The notes under the pieces were generated by a model, which made no database searches, was not told the origin of the DNA, and saw only the letters and a list, made by a program, of their open reading frames with translations. DNA of 42,236 nt from a virus: UHGV virus genome UHGV-1360403; one strand, given 5' to 3'. Positions 1-9,112 of this stretch are shown here, piece by piece. A program made the position numbers and the translations under genes. Within the stretch, counting starts at the first letter, position 1, and each line of letters begins with the position of its first letter.

Positions 1-644
1 AGTTTGGTCCAGCTCTGCCCCGGAAACTGTATCGAGTTGAACCAGCGTGAGGTAAACGCGCCGTAAGTGCGCCCGAGACGTTGCCCCTGGTCCACAAACC
101 ACGATTGTCCCCACAAATCTACCAGGCCGTTCGGTGCTGGCGTACCGGTGAGATTTATCCAGCGCCGGACATACTTATGCGCCACTTTGCCCAGCGCCGC
201 CGCGCGCTTACCACCACCGCGCAGCCGGAAGGATTTTAGCCGGGTGCTTTCATCTGGAATGACAGTACCGAACGGCCATCGTTCTCCCAATTCTTCAATC
301 AGCCAGACAAGGTTATCGTAGTTGATGGTGAACACGCTTGCGTTGCTGTTCGTCAGCGCCATAGAGCGCGCTTTGGCATTACCAATAATTGGCTGCACCT
401 CGATATTGCGCAAATGTCCCCACTTCAGTGCTTCATCCGGCCATGTGCTGGCAGCCACGCGCAGCGGCGCGAGGACCAGTGCGGGGCATGTTTCTGCCCC
501 TGCCATAAAGAGATCTTCCAGCGCAGTGAGCGTTGCCACGGTTTTACCCATTCCCATCCCCGCCCAGATGTTGCCGCGCAGGGTTTCGGTTTCGTGGTTG
601 ATAATGAGAACTTGGTAGGGGCGAGGTATATATTTTGGGGGCAT
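1..644 (-). CDS. SNF2-family helicase, N-terminal part (continues at 41486..42236 across the window junction)
   Basis: ATG at 644..642; hand translation MPPKYIPRPYQVLIINHETETLRGNIWAGMGMGKTVATL... with Walker A GMGMGKT, DExx-like IPDES and LTGTP motifs; open to position 1 with no stop. Confidence 0.85.
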   Translation of the reverse strand, partial: MPPKYIPRPYQVLIINHETETLRGNIWAGMGMGKTVATLTALEDLFMAGAETCPALVLAPLRVAASTWPDEALKWGHLRNIEVQPIIGNAKARSMALTNSNASVFTINYDNLVWLIEELGERWPFGTVIPDESTRLKSFRLRGGGKRAAALGKVAHKYVRRWINLTGTPAPNGLVDLWGQSWFVDQGQRLGRTYGAFTSRWFNSIQFPGQSWTK

Positions 645-706
645 ATAATATGGCTCCTAAACAACAAAAGGCCAATTTAGACCTTTTGTTGTTTTAAAAA
701 TGTTAT

Positions 707-1624
707 TTATAATAGTGCTGTTACTATTGCATCTTTAAAAATATTTTCTTCTTCATTTATTAAAGGTGATGACAGATGAATAATTACTTCTTTTCCTGTC
801 AATACTATTTGCTCGACTTGAAATCCTGCGTTGTGTAGTCTTTGGCGTAACTTTTCTAGTGCTGATTTTGATATACTAAATCCTTCACTCCTTATAGTAT
901 AACTGGCAACTCCATTTTTAATAATATCTACAGAGTTGTCAATTTCCTGCTGCGAGTAATTTTTCGGTGAGTCGAAAAATCTGGATTTTGTCGTTGCTGT
1001 TGCCCTAAGAGATATCAATAATGATTTGATATCTTTAATCTCAGATGCCAGATACTCAGTTTCTGATACTTCTTTCTGGTCTAGTTGTGCAACTTTGAAA
1101 GTGCCAAAATGTTTGAGGAATGTTGTGTATTCAGGATCAGTTACTGACTTTAAATATGTTTCTTTTATCTTGCTCGCAAGTCTTTCTTTGAATAAATTGA
1201 TTGATTGGTATCTTAAATCCGAAGGGTACTCTAAATGTTCAATTGATGAAATGTCAAAGCTATAAGGAGTGCGCTCGTCCTTAATAATTACGGTCGGTTT
1301 GTCAAATGCGAGACGCATTCCTAATTCAAACATTACATTAGCGTTTCGAGCACTTATATCGCAAACAACTATGGGGTTTTCATAAAGATTTTGAACAATT
1401 CGTTTTTGTATTACTGCAACATCATCATCTGAACTTACCAAATTTGCCTTGAATCCGGCATCATTTGATGCTTCACAAATAATGTCATGAACATTTCTCC
1501 AATGTCCAGTGGGATAACCTTCTATGTCCGCAATTGGCATAATAATGCCGCATATATGAGGTGGCATATTTTTGTTGTCTTTTACATCATCTTGGTTTAT
1601 TTCTTTCGTTTGTTGCTTAGCCAT
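707..1624 (-). CDS. AT-rich cargo protein (305 aa) with N-terminal TIR-like / nucleoside 2-deoxyribosyltransferase-like Rossmann domain; C-terminal domain unknown
   Basis: Markedly AT-rich relative to flanking genes; motif PIVVCDISARNANVMFELGMRLAFDKPTVII parallels ARQNVVLEMGMLLSSLGRSNVAIL in the 2354..3115 protein. Confidence 0.6.
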   Translation of the reverse strand: MAKQQTKEINQDDVKDNKNMPPHICGIIMPIADIEGYPTGHWRNVHDIICEASNDAGFKANLVSSDDDVAVIQKRIVQNLYENPIVVCDISARNANVMFELGMRLAFDKPTVIIKDERTPYSFDISSIEHLEYPSDLRYQSINLFKERLASKIKETYLKSVTDPEYTTFLKHFGTFKVAQLDQKEVSETEYLASEIKDIKSLLISLRATATTKSRFFDSPKNYSQQEIDNSVDIIKNGVASYTIRSEGFSISKSALEKLRQRLHNAGFQVEQIVLTGKEVIIHLSSPLINEEENIFKDAIVTALL

Positions 1625-1639
1625 AGCTTACACAGACTC

Positions 1640-1924
1640 CTATTGTAATTTTTTGCCTAATATACATGAAAGCTCCTTACTATCCAGTACTACCACGGTA
1701 AAGCCCAGTTTTCGCAGACGTTCATGCTCGCGCAACTGATCAGGTCGTGGTGGTTTGCCTGGTGCTTTGCATTCGACAAAGACGATGCGACCGCCGGGTA
1801 GCAGAACAATGCGATCTGGTACCGAGCGGAGACCGGGAGATACGAACTTAAAGGCAACCCCGCCAGCCTTTTTTACTTCAGCGACGAGGTGCTTTTCGAT
1901 TAGGTTTTCACGTTCATAGGCCAT
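1640..1924 (-). CDS. VRR-NUC domain nuclease
   Basis: 94 aa; AFKFVSPGLRSVPDRIVLLPGGRIVFVECKAPGK pattern typical of VRR-NUC (PD-(D/E)xK) phage proteins. Confidence 0.75.
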   Translation of the reverse strand: MAYERENLIEKHLVAEVKKAGGVAFKFVSPGLRSVPDRIVLLPGGRIVFVECKAPGKPPRPDQLREHERLRKLGFTVVVLDSKELSCILGKKLQ

Positions 1925-2118
1925 TAGCTTTCGCCTTCCTGCTTTTTGCGTTTCTTCATGCAGATAGCGCAGTTCTCAGGATGGTCATGCCATTCGTCAA
2001 TCCTGATACCTGTGAACATCCATTTTCCGCATAGTGATATGGCTTCCCCCGAATTAAAGAAATGTGCTTTTTTCGACAGGGCGGGGAACCCCCAACCTTT
2101 ATTATCGATATTAGACAT
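1924..2118 (-). CDS. Small Cys-containing hypothetical protein (64 aa)
   Basis: ORF ends where VRR-NUC gene starts; C..C/H..C..C spacing suggests a small zinc-binding protein. Confidence 0.45.
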   Translation of the reverse strand: MSNIDNKGWGFPALSKKAHFFNSGEAISLCGKWMFTGIRIDEWHDHPENCAICMKKRKKQEGES

Positions 2119-2290
2119 CGTCCACCTCCTTACGCTTTTCGCGCATGTTCTGCATCAGACAAAAATCAAACCGACGTTCGCTTTGGCCCAGACCTGCATC
2201 GCCCGGTCGTACCCGCTGGACTGTTCAAGGCGCAAAGCCTCCCGTGCAGTCCGGTAATAAAGCGGACTGTCCCGGTATTTAAATGACATA

Positions 2291-2330
2291 GGGTTTTTAT
2301 TCCCAAATAAAAAACCCCGCAATGCAGGGT
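2291..2330 (-). terminator. Intrinsic terminator-like hairpin downstream of the TIR-like gene
   Basis: Minus strand reads CCCTGCATTGCGGGG followed by TTTTTT; the plus strand also forms GGGTTTTT...AAAAACCC. Confidence 0.5.
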
Positions 2331-2353
2331 TGTAATCAACAATAAGGGGGTAA

Positions 2354-3115
2354 TTACGAGGAAGCGTTAGCTATTTGAGCTTGTGTAAATTCGAAACCAG
2401 AATTTTGTAACCGTTGCACTAGACGAGGAACTGTTTCACGTACATGGTCGTTGAAATTCAGATACAAAATCCCGTTAGCATCAGAAGGCTGTTCTAGGTG
2501 CTGTTTCTGAAGGATTGCTACATTGCTGCGCCCTAAGGACGAAAGAAGCATACCCATCTCGAGTACAACGTTCTGTCTTGCGCGGGGTTGGATTTCTGCT
2601 TCACCGGCGCGCTTTGAGTATCCCATATCATCAGGTGTCAAAAGAACAATCCCGAAACGAGTAGCAGTTTGTCCTTGCCCAATTTCACGTTCAAGCTCTT
2701 CAATAATGGTGAGTCCAGTCCCTCCCGTATTCTGCAAAATGAAATGGTCTGGTAATCCAAGTTTATGAAGGATTAGCTCAAGTTGTTCCTTTGCAGTATG
2801 GTCATGGCCGTGAACAATGAATATCTTTTTGGGAAGCTCAGATGGCTGTTCTACGGCTAGTGGTGTTGCCGTGGGGGGCGTTCCTAAATGGGACATTATT
2901 GCAGTTTCAACATTGGGACGTTCTTGAGGGTTCCCTTGAAACTGAATGGTCCGGGTGGTGTAAAGGTTAACAATTACGCCATTCGTTAAACGATAGCAGT
3001 CATAAGTCTCACGCTGTTCGTGGGAAAAATTGGTGAACCCACACTCCCTCAAAAAGTCAGGAAAAGATTCTCTCGGGTATGGATAGTTGATCGGCATTTC
3101 AGTTAGTTCCTGCAT
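2354..3115 (-). CDS. TIR-like domain protein (253 aa): novel ~100-aa N-terminal domain plus C-terminal TIR-like nucleotide-binding domain
   Basis: KIFIVHGHD...GIVLLTPDDMG...ARQNVVLEMGMLLSSLGRSNVAIL matches the 'predicted nucleotide-binding protein containing TIR-like domain' pattern; own terminator downstream; lower G+C than PolA by eye. Confidence 0.65.
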   Translation of the reverse strand: MQELTEMPINYPYPRESFPDFLRECGFTNFSHEQRETYDCYRLTNGVIVNLYTTRTIQFQGNPQERPNVETAIMSHLGTPPTATPLAVEQPSELPKKIFIVHGHDHTAKEQLELILHKLGLPDHFILQNTGGTGLTIIEELEREIGQGQTATRFGIVLLTPDDMGYSKRAGEAEIQPRARQNVVLEMGMLLSSLGRSNVAILQKQHLEQPSDANGILYLNFNDHVRETVPRLVQRLQNSGFEFTQAQIANASS

Positions 3116-3179
3116 AAGTATTGTTCCTTTAATTTACTCGAATTCAGCATGTCGCCATAGCTCGATAAGGTGAGTTATA

Positions 3180-5243
3180 TCAATCTTTTTTGTAGTGGTA
3201 CGCCTCAAAGCCGCCAGCGTTCAGCGGAATATCGGGTGCCCATTCGGGGTTAGTGGAGAGAAGCGCGGAAAGCGCTTTATCGTTGAAATCTTCTGTGTCT
3301 GGTGCTTCGGTGATCACCTCGTCGTGTACCGTTAGCACAATGCTGTAACCGGCACCCTCGATCAGCGGCATGTTTCTGGCTAGAACGTCGCGGGCGGCCG
3401 CCTGGGTGACGTTCTCCACCAGCTTTCCGCCGTAGGTTTTGAGTCGTTGCCATTTACGCGAATAAGAGTTAACACCCATGTAGGTGATATTCCCTTGTTC
3501 GATAACCGGAGACGGGTAGCATACAGCGCGTCCGGATGGTAGCTGTATGCGCAGCCACGCGCCATCACGTCGGATTTTAAGATAGCCGCAATACAATGTT
3601 TTTTGCGGTGTGGCGATTGCTGTGCGGACAGTGCGCTCCAGCTCGTACCAGAAATCGCAGGTCGCCGGGTGCGCCCTGCGCCACAGGCGCTTGAGCGAGT
3701 CACATGCGATGAATACACGCTCGGACAGGCCAAAGGTCGACTTACGCTTAACCGATTCGTCGTACCAGCTTTTTGCCTCGCGGATAACATCGCGGGGAAT
3801 GTTTGGCAGTGCGGCGTTCGCCAGCTCGTCGAGATCGAGACCGTAAACCAGAGCAAAAGTGATGAAAGCCGATACACCACCTCCATAACCCAGACCGAGT
3901 TCCATGACTTTACCGATCTGACGCATGTGTTTATCAACATCATCTGGTGCAATATCGAAAGCTTTTGCATACGCCAGTTTATATAAGTCCGGACCCGTTC
4001 CAGCGTCATACTCTCTGAATGCATTCAGTTTCCATTCTTCTCCCGCCAGCCATGCCAGCATACGGCCTTCAATGTTTGACAAGTCACTTACCACTAGTTT
4101 TTTGCCTGTTGGCGCGATAATGCAGCCACGTAACGCTGAACTGGTTAGTTCCATGATATTGTCAAACAGCAGGTCTGCACATCCGGCTTTCAGTGCTTCG
4201 ATGCCTTCGTCTATTTGTTCCTGTTTTAGTGAAGGGCGGGGAAGGTTCTGGGGCTGGAATAGCCGTCCGGCCCAACGACCGGTACGTGACGCCCCGCAGA
4301 ACTGTAGCGTACCGCGTAAGCGCCCGTCGTGGCTTACGCCTTTCATCAGTGCCTTGTATTTACTGGTGCTGGTAGTACTGGCTTGCAGGCGGATAGCCAG
4401 CAGTTCTTTCACGGCAGATGATAAATCGGGGTCGGCCATACGACGTTCCAGGGTACTGCGTTGCATGTCTGGTAGCTCCACACCGTAGGATTCAACGATG
4501 TGCTTAATCAACGCGTCCCGTTGTGTGGCTGCCTGCACTTCGCCATCAGTCATTTCCTGTGTACGCTTTGCCAGGCGCTTTTGCTCCTGGTCTACCGCTT
4601 CGATCGCAGCGCGCGCGAGTTGCATGTCCATGCAGACGCCCCGGTCGTTGATCTGCTGATCACGATGCCAGAGCGCCAGCTCTGTCCCCTGATAATTCCA
4701 CTTCGGCAGACGTTTATAGACTTCACGCATTGCTTCGATATCCAGTCCGGCGTAAGCAACAAAGCGCCGCCATTCTTCCGGATGGGTTTTACTGGTGGCC
4801 CGACGCAGTTTGCTGTTTTTCGGACGTGGCTTACAGAACAGCTGGATCAGCGCTTTACCTTCTTTGTCCTTCGCTTTGTCTTGCGGGACGCCTAGTACTT
4901 CGCAGAGTTCCCCCAGAGACCCCGGGAGACCGTGCGCCAGCGCCTGCACCATCGTGTCGCGCCAACGTTCGACTGGCGGTGCCAGTCGCGGCATTGCATA
5001 ACGCAGAACGGTGCGGTCGAAGTGAGAGTTATGGAAATAAAGCAGGGTTTCAGGGTCTGCGATTGCTTCGTATAAGCCGTGTGGAATACCACCACCGGCA
5101 GTGATATCCCACACGTTTACTGGCCCGTCGTTGATAGCCCATGCGAAAAGCATCACTTCAACGCCTTCGGCATACGCATGGGTACCGTTCGTAATAGGGA
5201 TTTCGCAATAGGTTTCCAGGTCGCCCCATAGTATATTGGACAT
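3180..5243 (-). CDS. Family A DNA polymerase (PolA-like, with 3'-5' exonuclease region)
   Basis: 687 aa; N-terminal exonuclease-like region and C-terminal polymerase region (...[14 protein letters not shown]..., ...[11 protein letters not shown]...). Confidence 0.85.
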   Translation of the reverse strand: MSNILWGDLETYCEIPITNGTHAYAEGVEVMLFAWAINDGPVNVWDITAGGGIPHGLYEAIADPETLLYFHNSHFDRTVLRYAMPRLAPPVERWRDTMVQALAHGLPGSLGELCEVLGVPQDKAKDKEGKALIQLFCKPRPKNSKLRRATSKTHPEEWRRFVAYAGLDIEAMREVYKRLPKWNYQGTELALWHRDQQINDRGVCMDMQLARAAIEAVDQEQKRLAKRTQEMTDGEVQAATQRDALIKHIVESYGVELPDMQRSTLERRMADPDLSSAVKELLAIRLQASTTSTSKYKALMKGVSHDGRLRGTLQFCGASRTGRWAGRLFQPQNLPRPSLKQEQIDEGIEALKAGCADLLFDNIMELTSSALRGCIIAPTGKKLVVSDLSNIEGRMLAWLAGEEWKLNAFREYDAGTGPDLYKLAYAKAFDIAPDDVDKHMRQIGKVMELGLGYGGGVSAFITFALVYGLDLDELANAALPNIPRDVIREAKSWYDESVKRKSTFGLSERVFIACDSLKRLWRRAHPATCDFWYELERTVRTAIATPQKTLYCGYLKIRRDGAWLRIQLPSGRAVCYPSPVIEQGNITYMGVNSYSRKWQRLKTYGGKLVENVTQAAARDVLARNMPLIEGAGYSIVLTVHDEVITEAPDTEDFNDKALSALLSTNPEWAPDIPLNAGGFEAYHYKKD

Positions 5244-5289
5244 GTGTTTACCTAGGTTTTTATTCTATTAACTGATTAAAAGATTAATT

Positions 5290-5919
5290 ATGCATATGAT
5301 CCAATACTTGATTGACCATACAGAGCATCTGGAGAAAATAGCTGGATATATTTTTTCATGTTTGATTGTTATGGGAGTCTGGATAAGAAAGATCATTTTT
5401 AATTATAAGTATAAAGAGCCTAAATATGTCAAGAAGTTAATTTTATATTTAATTAAGTATGAACGTTATCTGGATAAGGAGGATAAGAAAGCCATAGAAA
5501 AAAGAATAAATGATAAAATTATTCGTGATGCGCTGAAATTGCAATCCTCTTATAACCGAAGAGATGTTATTTACATTTGCAATAGATTAGAAAAAAGACA
5601 GTATATAAATCAGTTGATTAAGCTTCAGAATTATATAGAGAAAGATAACGGAGTGTTTTTTATTAATGTTGATTTTTCAGGTTTTTTATTTATTATTAGT
5701 CGTCTGTTTTCCTTTCTGTGTTTTGTGCTGTTTACCCTTTTTTCTATTATCTGCATTATTTCCATAGGGCAAAATGAAGGCCTTTTAAATTATCTTGTGT
5801 ATATGGTTATGATAATAGTTTTAGAGACTGTTGGTTTTTGGATGTATGATACTTTCCCGTCTAAGAAAAAGATCTGTGAACTAAATAAAGAATTGAGAAA
5901 GATTAAGATTCCTGAGTGA
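5290..5919 (+). CDS. AT-rich Lys-rich membrane protein (209 aa, about 3 predicted TM helices), opposite strand to the replication operon
   Basis: Very AT-rich ORF; hydrophobic stretches IAGYIFSCLIVMGVWI, FLFIISRLFSFLCFVLFTLFSIICIISI, LVYMVMIIVLETVGFWMY. Confidence 0.6.
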   Translation: MHMIQYLIDHTEHLEKIAGYIFSCLIVMGVWIRKIIFNYKYKEPKYVKKLILYLIKYERYLDKEDKKAIEKRINDKIIRDALKLQSSYNRRDVIYICNRLEKRQYINQLIKLQNYIEKDNGVFFINVDFSGFLFIISRLFSFLCFVLFTLFSIICIISIGQNEGLLNYLVYMVMIIVLETVGFWMYDTFPSKKKICELNKELRKIKIPE

Positions 5920-5937
5920 TTATACGCCTAATCAGTA

Positions 5938-5956
5938 GCCCGGTGTTTAACCGGGC
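5938..5956. terminator. Hairpin between convergent genes (possible bidirectional terminator)
   Basis: GCCCGG-TGTTTAA-CCGGGC inverted repeat; no clear T-tract. Confidence 0.3.
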
Positions 5957-5971
5957 GTCTATGAAGTAGGG

Positions 5972-6520
5972 TTAAATTAGTGCTTCAGCATCAGCACCTT
6001 CGCTGATATCGTCGAAATCGTCAGCGCTTGCCACTCCGCCGCCAGCGAATGCATCGCCGTCTCGCAGGAACTGGACTCCGCCGAGTGAGGCATTAATGCG
6101 TTTACCGAAATTATTGTCCTGTGCCCAGATATCGATAACGGCGTTTACATAGCACCCTGCATAAGGACGTCCGTCAGCCTGAATAAGTGGCGAACGATCG
6201 CGATCAAGAACAGCTGGGCGCGCTTTGTTAGCAGCATTCAGGAAGAAATTGCCGGGGAAGCCTTCATACTCTGCTTTTTCATCACCATCATGCAGGCACA
6301 GATTGAGTTTTTTCTCCAGCTGGTTATAAATGGGCTCCCACTTCTCTCCCCATTTTTCCTTCGCTACCTGCTTCATAGCTTTACGGATTTCTTCCAGTTG
6401 TGGGTGTTTGGGAGACATTAAAAATACTGCGGAGAAACGCGGATCGCCTTCGCCGTTTACAGTTTTAGCTTCAAACAGAGACGGGAAGGCCAGACGAACA
6501 TTGTTCAGCTTCAGTTTCAT
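5972..6520 (-). CDS. DUF2815-like phage ssDNA-binding protein
   Basis: N-terminus MKLKLNNVRLAFPSLFEAK and acidic C-terminal tail (DDFDDISEGADAEALI), typical of this replication-module family. Confidence 0.75.
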   Translation of the reverse strand: MKLKLNNVRLAFPSLFEAKTVNGEGDPRFSAVFLMSPKHPQLEEIRKAMKQVAKEKWGEKWEPIYNQLEKKLNLCLHDGDEKAEYEGFPGNFFLNAANKARPAVLDRDRSPLIQADGRPYAGCYVNAVIDIWAQDNNFGKRINASLGGVQFLRDGDAFAGGGVASADDFDDISEGADAEALI

Positions 6521-6535
6521 GGGTATTTCCTTAAA

Positions 6536-7837
6536 TCAGATGAGGTCTGCGGTTAGCGTATCGTCGGATACGTCGTCGAAATCATTTACAGGGTTGATAT
6601 TGAGTGCGGGGCGTGGGTCTGACTCGGGAACGACGGTTGGTTTACCATCAGCTCGTGTTATCAGTGCCTCGACTTTTGACCAACGGCGTGGACTGGCCTT
6701 TTTGATAAGTTTTTCGGCTTTTGTGGGACTAATAAGTTTAAAGTCGAATACTTCTTCAGTTTTGTACCTGAACTGGTCCTTCAGAAGTGCGCGAGCTGCC
6801 TCTTCATCACTCCAGGCCCGGTTACCTTGTTTTCCTGTTACCAGTTTAAACCCCGGTACCGGATGTCCGGCATTGAGTTCATTGTGAACCCGGTCCCGTA
6901 CTGCCTTTAGCCAGGACTCAATAAAGTCGGCCTGGCTATAGATCTCCGCAAGCTGCTCAATGGTTAACAGAGGTACACGTGCGCTGGCATTGGTGATTAT
7001 TTCGCTGACAGGCTTTGTCAGATCTTCAAAGTCGCTGGCCGCTGTTTGTAAATGCTGCATTTTCTGGGCAGTGCAAATAGCTTTTGCTTTACAGAAGCGG
7101 CACTGCTTTTCTCCAGGTATGAAGTTTTCCAGCGGTAGTGTCTCAATGCCTTCGCATTCAGCAATATTGAGAACAAGGATCGCACTGGTTGCGGCCTCCT
7201 GTGCTCGTTTACCGAAAGACTGAAGTTCCTGCACGGTTAACGACCATTCTGAAACGTGGTTGAGCCTTGGCTGGTGAATAAATAATCTTACAGTCTCAAA
7301 GTCATACAGCATGCTGAATTGTTCGAGAGCACCCAGAGCATACAGTTGTAGTTGCTCATTTTGTTCTGCATCAATGCGGACGCCTTTGCCATATTTCAGG
7401 TCGTGGATTTGTAATTCGCTACCAGCGATGATTATGCCGTCGGCAGTTCCGAAAGATTCTTCCACACCCGTTATATGTGAGAAATCAACACGTTGTTCAA
7501 CCAATAGTTCATTATTCTGTGCAAGAGTCCAGACCGTATCAACATACCGGCCAACGGCTTCGACCATTTCATCATCCACCTGTGGGCCAGATGTATCATC
7601 AGGATTTTCGCGAAGGGGGTATGAGCCGAGAAACATAGAAACATTGCATCCGGCGTAGTGTTCCGGGTGGCTTTGCCTGTTTCGTAGAACTTTTTCAGCA
7701 AGCGCGTGCGCTGCAGTGCCCTCGATTGCAAAAGTTGTTTCTTTATCCGGTTGTGTGGCCTCCAGCGCCAGACTTCCTGGGCAGCGCATCCATCGATGCG
7801 CTGATGATGGAGAAAGTTGTGCATGAACGTCTGGCAT
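6536..7837 (-). CDS. DUF2800-like PD-(D/E)xK nuclease (Cas4-like, C-terminal Cys cluster)
   Basis: [16 protein letters not shown]-terminal signature; C-terminal [10 protein letters not shown] cysteine cluster. Confidence 0.75.
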   Translation of the reverse strand: MPDVHAQLSPSSAHRWMRCPGSLALEATQPDKETTFAIEGTAAHALAEKVLRNRQSHPEHYAGCNVSMFLGSYPLRENPDDTSGPQVDDEMVEAVGRYVDTVWTLAQNNELLVEQRVDFSHITGVEESFGTADGIIIAGSELQIHDLKYGKGVRIDAEQNEQLQLYALGALEQFSMLYDFETVRLFIHQPRLNHVSEWSLTVQELQSFGKRAQEAATSAILVLNIAECEGIETLPLENFIPGEKQCRFCKAKAICTAQKMQHLQTAASDFEDLTKPVSEIITNASARVPLLTIEQLAEIYSQADFIESWLKAVRDRVHNELNAGHPVPGFKLVTGKQGNRAWSDEEAARALLKDQFRYKTEEVFDFKLISPTKAEKLIKKASPRRWSKVEALITRADGKPTVVPESDPRPALNINPVNDFDDVSDDTLTADLI

Positions 7838-7839
7838 GA

Positions 7840-8742
7840 TTAACCCTCCAGTGCTTTTTCAGCCAGGGTGATTACTTCAGCGAGATTTTCATCCGTTACT
7901 TCACCAAGTTTCCTGGCTCCCTGTTTTTCCAGAATTGCAATAGCTTCTGCCCGGTAACCCCCTTTTGCTAACTGGAGGATCAACCCTTCAGCTTGTTTGC
8001 GTAGTGCCGCGAAATCAATTGTATGGTCATCTTTGGCGTCATTATTCTGGCTGGAATTTGCTGTGTCTCTGCGTGCAAATTCTTCCTGCAGCTGAAGGTA
8101 CTCAACACGGTTGGTCTCGATATGGCCTTTTTTCAGCATCTCGTTCAACTTGCGTAAGGTGTGGAGTTCACTGGCTGCTGTGCCGGATACATTTTTGACG
8201 TAAAACGGCCCCGTGCGTTCTCCATCTTTGTTACTGGCCTTTTTCGGCTTAACTTCATCACGCCCATCCGCAGGTGCATCAAGTAGCTGCTCGGCAAAAG
8301 CACGTCGCTCGCCGATGGTTGGCAGGTCGTCCCAGAACTTAAGGATGTTACGGGACAGGTCCAGGAGAGCAGGTTTAAGCAGCGCCCTGGCTCGTTTGAC
8401 GCCCTGCAATGCGCTGTCGAGAGCATCAATCTGAACTACTCGTTTATCGCCTTCAGCATCACGGTAGGCAACAGCACGTTGCAGCATGTCTTCTGTGATA
8501 GGGGTGGCTACTGGGTAGAAACCAGCCAGTGCGATAACGTCGCTGAACTCCAGATCATCCAGTGTCATTGCCGCTGACATATTTTCAGTTTCAGTTGCTG
8601 TATCCCGACATTCCTGCACTCGTGAAATCGTGTCAGGATGCATAACAATACCTGATGCCATTGTGCGGATAAGACGTTCAAGCAGCGCATTATGTTGTGC
8701 CAGAAGTTGATTATTAAGTTCGAGACTGGTTTCTAAACTCAT
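7840..8742 (-). CDS. Hypothetical replication-module protein (300 aa)
   Basis: First large gene of the leftward operon; no recognisable motif. Confidence 0.55.
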   Translation of the reverse strand: MSLETSLELNNQLLAQHNALLERLIRTMASGIVMHPDTISRVQECRDTATETENMSAAMTLDDLEFSDVIALAGFYPVATPITEDMLQRAVAYRDAEGDKRVVQIDALDSALQGVKRARALLKPALLDLSRNILKFWDDLPTIGERRAFAEQLLDAPADGRDEVKPKKASNKDGERTGPFYVKNVSGTAASELHTLRKLNEMLKKGHIETNRVEYLQLQEEFARRDTANSSQNNDAKDDHTIDFAALRKQAEGLILQLAKGGYRAEAIAILEKQGARKLGEVTDENLAEVITLAEKALEG

Positions 8743-8888
8743 ACTGTGGTCCTCGCTACAAGGAGAATGAAAGTGATGATCAGACCGAGCGCAGTGGCAA
8801 CGGCCAGACCGGTCATCAAATCGAAGTTTTTACGGCGATAACGGAGAACATCGCGCCCCGTCAGTCGATAGAGGTGTTCAGGTTTCAT
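8739..8888 (-). CDS. Small membrane protein (49 aa), translationally coupled to the next gene
   Basis: Hand translation [49 protein letters not shown]; its TGA overlaps the ATG of the 7840..8742 gene (ATGA). Below the ORF-track length cut-off. Confidence 0.4.
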   Translation of the reverse strand: MKPEHLYRLTGRDVLRYRRKNFDLMTGLAVATALGLIITFILLVARTTV

Positions 8889-8945
8889 CGGTTGTATTCC
8901 TTTTTTCATATCGGGGAGCGCGCTGTTGCGAGTGCGCTTTCAGAC

Positions 8946-8973
8946 ATAAAAAAGCCCGTCATTTGCGGCGGGC
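8946..8973 (-). terminator. Intrinsic terminator-like hairpin upstream of the leftward replication operon
   Basis: GCCCGTC-ATTTGC-GGCGGGC 7-bp stem; on the minus strand it is followed by TTTTTT. Confidence 0.45.
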
Positions 8974-9112
8974 AAAGACTACACACAGCAATTACATGGA
9001 TATCATCGAGTGCCTGCTTTTAACCACATCAGGCGAGGTGGTTCTCCTTGTACCCCTACAGTGAGAAATCGTCTAATATCTCTTCACCCCTACAGTTTGA
9101 GAGAGATTAGAT

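Noticed and set aside
67-680. Plus-strand ORFs 67..321, 322..618 and 414..680, and minus ORF 425..667
   Set aside because: They are antisense or out of frame relative to the helicase N-terminal coding region (1..644, minus), which carries clear Walker A and DExx motifs. Their translations are Arg/Ser/Pro-rich and not protein-like.
3380-5104. Multiple ORFs nested in the PolA gene on both strands (3380..4024, 3603..3986, 3925..4488, 4500..4895, 4730..5104)
   Set aside because: All lie inside the 687-aa polymerase ORF in other frames or on the opposite strand, with low-complexity translations typical of GC-rich antisense frames.
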